Shown here piece after piece: positions 6,218 through 10,841 of a stretch of DNA of 10,841 nt (its first letter is position 1; each line of letters begins with the position of its first letter). Source of the stretch: a virus (taxonomy: Duplodnaviria > Heunggongvirae > Uroviricota > Caudoviricetes); IMG/VR virus record IMGVR_UViG_3300047189_000028. The stretch is one strand, 5' to 3'. The position numbers and the translations under genes were made by a program. The notes below the pieces were generated by a model, which saw nothing but the letters and a program-made list of their open reading frames with translations, was not told the DNA's origin and searched no databases.

Positions 6218-7501
6218 ATGGGGATACGCGAATCAATACACCGTGCCTTAGCAGAAGCTCAAGGACAAAGTGCACAACGAAATACTCCTCCACCTACTAA
6301 AGCAGGGAAAATAATGTCAGAGAAATTCCAGTTTACATCAGGTCTTGGCCGCGGAAGTAACGACTTTTACCCCTCAGCTCACGAACTCTATTTCAAGCAC
6401 TTCGACGACAATATTTACTTCGTATATCATACAGGGATAACTGACCGCTATAATAGCCCTGCTTATGATGAAGATGACGAGGATGATGACGAGATGCCAA
6501 ATCTCGGTCTTGAGAACCTCGAGAAGGAAATCAAAGGCTTGATGGAGGTCACTGAGAAATACTCAGCATATGGTGGACAAGCCAGTGACGAACTGGCAAC
6601 AATCTACAAGTTTGCAAACTACGAGAATAATGTCTTCGTAGCAAACGTTGTGTTTGTAAACAAAACGCTTGTTCAGATTCGTATTAGCCCAACACGTCGG
6701 CGTACAATGACTGCGTTTACTATTCTGTCTGACAACTTCGAACGTCCAGAGCTTGAAGTACTGAAGACCTACGCTAAGCAGTTTATTGCTCCTCCTCCAA
6801 CAAAGAAGGACAAGATCCACATTATCACACAGAGCAACAATGACTTCTATTTGAAAGACATTCCGCTCACCAGCAAGAAAAAGTCGATGTTCTCATTCGA
6901 GAACTACAACGAAGGGTTCGAGGATATTTCTAATCGCATCATCAACACACTGAAGACAGACAGTGAAAGCGGTCTGGTGTTGTTCCACGGTGATCCAGGA
7001 ACCGGAAAGACCAGCTACCTCAAGCACTTGCTGCACACAATTGATAGCAAGAAGTTGATTTACATGCCACCCGATTTGACCGAGCATTTGAGCTCGCCTG
7101 GTTTCATTACATTCATGATGAGTGAAGCAACAAATAGCATTCTGTTGATCGAAGATGCGGAAAATGTCCTTCGTCATCGCGAAGCTGGTGGCAATCAGGC
7201 TGTGTCAAACATTTTGAATCTGTCGGATGGTATTTTAGGCGATGTGTTGAAGTTGCAGATTGTTTGTACCTTCAATAGCAAGCTCGAAGAAATTGACCCA
7301 GCTCTACTACGTCCAGGTCGTTGCATTGCAGAATACCGCTTTGAACCACTCGCAGCTGATCGTGCTTATCACTTGATGCAGAAATTGCACGGTGATGATA
7401 TTGAAAACGAGGGCAGAGAAATGACATTGGCTGAGGTCTTCAACTATAGAAAGCCAAAAGATCGCACAAAGAGCAAGAAGCAAAAGCTTGGCTTCACCTA
7501 A
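6218..7501 (+). CDS. AAA+ ATPase (classical AAA core) with a large N-terminal domain
   Basis: Walker A GDPGTGKTS, Walker B ILLIEDAE, sensor and second region of homology TFN...IDPALLRPGR. The start may instead be the ATG at 6313 (MSEKFQF). Confidence 0.9.
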   Translation: MGIRESIHRALAEAQGQSAQRNTPPPTKAGKIMSEKFQFTSGLGRGSNDFYPSAHELYFKHFDDNIYFVYHTGITDRYNSPAYDEDDEDDDEMPNLGLENLEKEIKGLMEVTEKYSAYGGQASDELATIYKFANYENNVFVANVVFVNKTLVQIRISPTRRRTMTAFTILSDNFERPELEVLKTYAKQFIAPPPTKKDKIHIITQSNNDFYLKDIPLTSKKKSMFSFENYNEGFEDISNRIINTLKTDSESGLVLFHGDPGTGKTSYLKHLLHTIDSKKLIYMPPDLTEHLSSPGFITFMMSEATNSILLIEDAENVLRHREAGGNQAVSNILNLSDGILGDVLKLQIVCTFNSKLEEIDPALLRPGRCIAEYRFEPLAADRAYHLMQKLHGDDIENEGREMTLAEVFNYRKPKDRTKSKKQKLGFT

Positions 7502-7509
7502 GGAAATAT

Positions 7510-8631
7510 ATGACTACGATTGTAGAAGATGTGAAGCTGGACTTCTCGGATGTATTGTTGATGCCCAAGCGCTCAACACTTGATAGCAGATCAAAGGTTG
7601 ATATTAATCGATCGTTTAAGTTCAAACACTCAAGCGTTGAATACGAAGGTACACCAATCATCGCTGCTAACATGGACACAACTGGTACCTTTGAAATGGC
7701 TAAGGCATTTAAGCCTTACAACATGGCAGTTGCTCTTCATAAGTTTTATACAGCAAAGGCATTGATTGAATATTTCAGTTCATCAGAAAGAAATGACAAT
7801 ACGTTCTACGCTATGGGAATCACAGATAGTGATCTTGATAAGTTTAGAACCGTATACAGTGCTACCAAACCAAGTGGGTTCCTTTCAAATCAGGACATTA
7901 TGCGTCCTATCAAGTACCTGTGCATTGATGTAGCGAATGGTTATTCACGCAAGTTTGTTAACTTCGTAGAAAAAGTACGAGATGAGTTCCCCGATCTTGT
8001 CATTATGGCAGGAAATGTTGTCACAGGAGATATGGTATATGACCTTCTTGAAAGAGGTGCTGACATTGTTAAAGTGGGTATTGGTCCCGGTAGCGTTTGT
8101 ACTACTCGCAGGATTACTGGTGTGGGATATCCTCAACTTTCTGCTATTCTTGAGTGCCAGGATGCTGCACATGGTGCAGATGGGCTAATCTGTGGTGATG
8201 GTGGTATTGCTGTTCCTGGTGATCTATCAAAAGCATTTGCTGCTGGAAGTGACTTTGTCATGTGTGGTGGTATCTTTGCTGGCCACGATGAATGTGGTGG
8301 TGAGAAGATATATTCTACTGACAACTATTCAAAGGATTCACCTGGGGAACCTTTTGGAAAGCCTATTATGATGCGCTTCTATGGAATGTCAAGTCACGAG
8401 GCAATGGACAAGCATTACGGTGGTAAGGCTAACTATCGTGCCAGTGAGGGCAAGGTAGTAGAGGTTCCGTATAAGGGATCTGTAACCGATACAATTGAAG
8501 AGATGTTGGGTGGATTGCGTAGTGCTTGCACCTATGTTGGTGCCCGACGCTTAAAGGATATGCCGAAGTGTGCTACATTTGTACGTGTAAATCGTCAGCT
8601 TAATGACTCATTAACAAGGTATAATGTATGA
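7510..8631 (+). CDS. guaC: GMP reductase (GuaC, type 1)
   Basis: EDVKLDFSDVLLMPKRSTLDSRS, FKFKHS, PIIAANMDTTGTF, CIDVANGYS, KVGIGPGSVCTTR, FYGMSS and YRASEGK. No CBS insert. SD AAGGA. Confidence 0.95.
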   Translation: MTTIVEDVKLDFSDVLLMPKRSTLDSRSKVDINRSFKFKHSSVEYEGTPIIAANMDTTGTFEMAKAFKPYNMAVALHKFYTAKALIEYFSSSERNDNTFYAMGITDSDLDKFRTVYSATKPSGFLSNQDIMRPIKYLCIDVANGYSRKFVNFVEKVRDEFPDLVIMAGNVVTGDMVYDLLERGADIVKVGIGPGSVCTTRRITGVGYPQLSAILECQDAAHGADGLICGDGGIAVPGDLSKAFAAGSDFVMCGGIFAGHDECGGEKIYSTDNYSKDSPGEPFGKPIMMRFYGMSSHEAMDKHYGGKANYRASEGKVVEVPYKGSVTDTIEEMLGGLRSACTYVGARRLKDMPKCATFVRVNRQLNDSLTRYNV

Positions 8632-8807
8632 TAACATTCGAAGATGGAATAGCAGTTCCGGGATTTTGTCTAAAGCCACCATATTCAGATGAGTTAATGG
8701 CTTTGTGTGAAAAGTTAGAAAGAGAAGCTGGACTGAGAAATGGAGCAATAGCTCTGTACTGGCACCTGCAACCAATTTTTGGAATGCATCTCAAAAAAGA
8801 AGATTAA
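8628..8807 (+). CDS. Small hypothetical protein (59 aa), not in the ORF track
   Basis: ATGA overlap with the guaC stop, and AAGGT 8 nt upstream. Translation: MITFEDGIAVPGFCLKPPYSDELMALCEKLEREAGLRNGAIALYWHLQPIFGMHLKKED. Its TAA overlaps the convergent gene's TAA in TTAA. Confidence 0.65.
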   Translation: MITFEDGIAVPGFCLKPPYSDELMALCEKLEREAGLRNGAIALYWHLQPIFGMHLKKED

Positions 8808-9100
8808 GCCTTACCCCAGCCTGTCTTCGCGCGAATAGCAAAATTCTTTTGCTTCACAGCTTTTGTATCACCACGCTTCTTTGCCTTAGCACGTTCGTGT
8901 TTAAGTTCAGCAACACTCTTGTTTGTGTTACGACCCGTGTGCTTTACTTTGGCTTCTTCAGCCCAAGCTTCGTGTACACCATGTTCACGCATTGCTTCTA
9001 CGCATGATTCACATACATCATCAGCATTGCAATCTTTCAACTCACCACATTCTTGGCAATGCACTCTTGTGTCACTCTCAAAGATTTCTGATACTTTCAT
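8804..9100 (-). CDS. Small protein with CxxC...CxxC and a basic C-terminus (98 aa)
   Basis: CQEC and CESC suggest metal binding. Lys/Arg-rich tail. Begins MKVSEIFES. Confidence 0.75.
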   Translation of the reverse strand: MKVSEIFESDTRVHCQECGELKDCNADDVCESCVEAMREHGVHEAWAEEAKVKHTGRNTNKSVAELKHERAKAKKRGDTKAVKQKNFAIRAKTGWGKA

Positions 9101-9103
9101 AGC

Positions 9104-9283
9104 TTATCTCGTGTGATCGGTTTGTGATCCAGGGAATGGCGAAGCATTCCATCCAGTTGGTAGATCGGTATCCATAGGGTTTTGCTTTTTAGCTTTGACG
9201 CGCAACATTTTTGCAATCATCAATGCCTTTTCGCGATTATTTACTTTGCTATCCTTAATAGCAAGCAGATCTTCAACCCTCAT
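9104..9283 (-). CDS. Small hypothetical protein (59 aa), not in the ORF track
   Basis: MRVEDLLAIKDSKVNNREKALMIAKMLRVKAKKQNPMDTDLPTGWNASPFPGSQTDHTR. GGAG SD 7 nt upstream. The stop is 3 nt before the next ATG. Confidence 0.7.
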   Translation of the reverse strand: MRVEDLLAIKDSKVNNREKALMIAKMLRVKAKKQNPMDTDLPTGWNASPFPGSQTDHTR

Positions 9284-9286
9284 AAG

Positions 9287-9317
9287 ATAACTCCCGGATG
9301 TCCGAGAGTTATTTATA
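9287..9317 (-). promoter_or_regulatory. T4-like late promoter TATAAATA overlapping an 11-bp SD-occluding hairpin
   Basis: TATAAATA (9317-9310). The hairpin ATAACTCTCGG-ACAT-CCGGGAGTTAT (9312-9287) pairs the GGAG SD. Confidence 0.7.
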
Positions 9318-10110
9318 CTTCAATACGAAGTACTGGGTCGAAGTTGGTGTTCTCACACGGACCCTGCGGATAAGCATATCCACGGGGGTTCGTCTTGACT
9401 CTGGTTTCTCCAACCATATAGTCAAATGACGTGTGCGTGTGACCATGAACCCAAAGTTTTGGCTCCGTGTCAAGGATCTCATTGCTGAGGTCTGAAACAT
9501 ACGCCCAATTCACGATATCGTTTCCGTATCGTGCGTAGTCGATTGACAACTCACATGGTGCGTGGTGCGTCACTACAACAATTCTCTGACCAGCCGACTT
9601 CTCCGCCACAATCGCATCGAAGATGAACTTCTTTGAGATGATGTGTTCGTTGAAAATGTCATGCGGGCTAATCCGCTTGATGTAAGCATTCTCAAGATTT
9701 GGGCCAGTGCGAATGTAATTGTAGTCATTCAGAGCACGACGAATCGTCTCCATAACCATAGGATTGCCTTTCCTGAAGTCTGTCCACAACGTTGCACAAA
9801 TAAATGACACACCGTCGACACGAACGACTTCATTGTCAGCAAGAATCCAGTTCTTGTGAGCACTCATTGTTTCCTTAATCTTTGTTCTCGTACGAAGCAG
9901 AGAACCATGATAGTACTCATGATTGCCACAGATCTGAATCACCTGACGAAAGCGAGGAGCCCAGGTTTTAACAGAGCTGAACGATGGCAGACTATTAGCC
10001 ACACCAATGTCGCCAGCAAGAATGAGAATATCATCCTTGTCAGTGTCAAGAGGTGGCATATCGAACTCACTGAATTCGCTATGAATGTCTGAGAAAAGTC
10101 TAATGAACAC
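9313..10110 (-). CDS. Calcineurin-like metallophosphoesterase
   Basis: SDIH, LAGDIG, GNHEYY, VVVTHHAP, WVHGHTH and NPRGY motifs. GTG start with GGAG 7 nt upstream. Confidence 0.92.
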   Translation of the reverse strand: MFIRLFSDIHSEFSEFDMPPLDTDKDDILILAGDIGVANSLPSFSSVKTWAPRFRQVIQICGNHEYYHGSLLRTRTKIKETMSAHKNWILADNEVVRVDGVSFICATLWTDFRKGNPMVMETIRRALNDYNYIRTGPNLENAYIKRISPHDIFNEHIISKKFIFDAIVAEKSAGQRIVVVTHHAPCELSIDYARYGNDIVNWAYVSDLSNEILDTEPKLWVHGHTHTSFDYMVGETRVKTNPRGYAYPQGPCENTNFDPVLRIEV

Positions 10111-10159
10111 GGCAAATCTCCATGGTAATCGTTAATTTTCCTACAATTAGGGGAAAAAG

Positions 10160-10309
10160 TCAACTCTTTGCGAGGAAACTTTGAAACGACTTCGCTCTAT
10201 TTAGCTGCACTTTGTGGAGAGGTTTATCGACAGAACGCGATCGTTTCAACACCATCTTTCGGGGGCGTGTCATTAGATTGTATGGATCGAATACTTCTGC
10301 TACTTTCAT
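10160..10309 (-). CDS. Small basic hypothetical protein (49 aa), not in the ORF track
   Basis: ATGA overlap with the endolysin stop. Translation: MKVAEVFDPYNLMTRPRKMVLKRSRSVDKPLHKVQLNRAKSFQSFLAKS. Confidence 0.6.
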   Translation of the reverse strand: MKVAEVFDPYNLMTRPRKMVLKRSRSVDKPLHKVQLNRAKSFQSFLAKS

Positions 10310-10809
10310 TCTGCTGCTCTTGATAACCATCCTTTTAGGAACTTTTGGTCTTCAGGATGTGCAGCAACAACTGCTTGATAGTAGTTTGCTTGTGCTTGAC
10401 GAAATGAGTTTAGTAGGTTTGTTGGATCGCATGAGTTCACTGCTGAGATTGATTTTGGTCCAAGATTACCATCGTCAACAATATCAGGAAAACCATTTAC
10501 CTTGAGACAGCGTTGTAGAATTTTGTGTGTACGACCAGCACCTAAGTTGACAGATGTATCAAATATCTTTGTTGCTAATGAGACATCCACAATCTGATTG
10601 TAGCAAAAGTGTGACCACCAGTCGCGATAGTAAATGTCAGTTGCTTGATCGATAGTCAAGTTTTTGATGTCAAGAGTAGGATATGTTCTCTTTGAAATAC
10701 CGTACTTTGTTTCACCACCAGCATCTTTTGGATCATTGACGTATCCACCCTCATGACGAAGTACTACGAGAATTGCTTGTTGAAACTTTTGATCTGTTGT
10801 GGCGTCCAT
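10306..10809 (-). CDS. Glycoside hydrolase family 108 endolysin with a C-terminal peptidoglycan-binding region
   Basis: HEGGYVNDPKDAGGETKYGIS (GH108 EGGY motif), IFDTSVNLG, DGNLGPKS and FLKGWLSR. SD AAGGA. Confidence 0.93.
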   Translation of the reverse strand: MDATTDQKFQQAILVVLRHEGGYVNDPKDAGGETKYGISKRTYPTLDIKNLTIDQATDIYYRDWWSHFCYNQIVDVSLATKIFDTSVNLGAGRTHKILQRCLKVNGFPDIVDDGNLGPKSISAVNSCDPTNLLNSFRQAQANYYQAVVAAHPEDQKFLKGWLSRAAE

Positions 10810-10841
10810 ATACTATTCCTTTAGAAGGTTAGTAGCACATC

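Noticed and set aside
7510-8631. IMP dehydrogenase (guaB) as an alternative call
   Set aside because: The N-terminal PKRSTL.SRS / FKHS / AANMDT.GTF and YRASEGK signatures fit type 1 GMP reductase, and there are no CBS domains.
2832-10203. Other TAAATA hexamers inside genes (2832, 9238, 10198)
   Set aside because: Several are expected by chance per strand at this AT content, and they have no adjacent hairpin or start codon.
1-10841. tRNA, rRNA, CRISPR array, integrase or transposase
   Set aside because: Intergenic gaps are short. I saw no cloverleaf, repeat-spacer array or recombinase motif.

Overview
This looks like a 10.8 kb piece of a large (probably jumbo or T4-like) lytic phage of a Gram-negative host. 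It is densely coding and mostly on the minus strand, with sigma70-type promoters and T4-late-like TATAAATA/TAAATA boxes. It carries a split NAD+ salvage module: Nampt/NadV (runs off the left edge and is missing from the ORF track) and a bifunctional NMNAT-Nudix, with a NadR-like P-loop kinase between them. It also encodes GMP reductase, an AAA+ ATPase, a metallophosphoesterase, a GH108 endolysin, a GIY-YIG-like/lytic transglycosylase fusion, a membrane protein/lipoprotein pair and several small ORFs, three of them absent from the track. The most notable signal is non-coding. Both NAD genes, 3.9 kb apart, have the same leader layout: a promoter, then a hairpin with an identical GG-AUAGA-CC apex ending exactly 33 nt before the AUG, then a hairpin that buries the Shine-Dalgarno. 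This is a candidate undescribed NAD-regulon RNA switch. Two other patterns stand out: four unrelated ORFs share an N-terminal M[KR]Vx[ED][LIV][LF] tag resembling a capsid-targeting sequence, and several genes have a late-promoter box abutting an RBS-occluding hairpin. All calls come from reading motifs by eye; no searches or folding programs were run.
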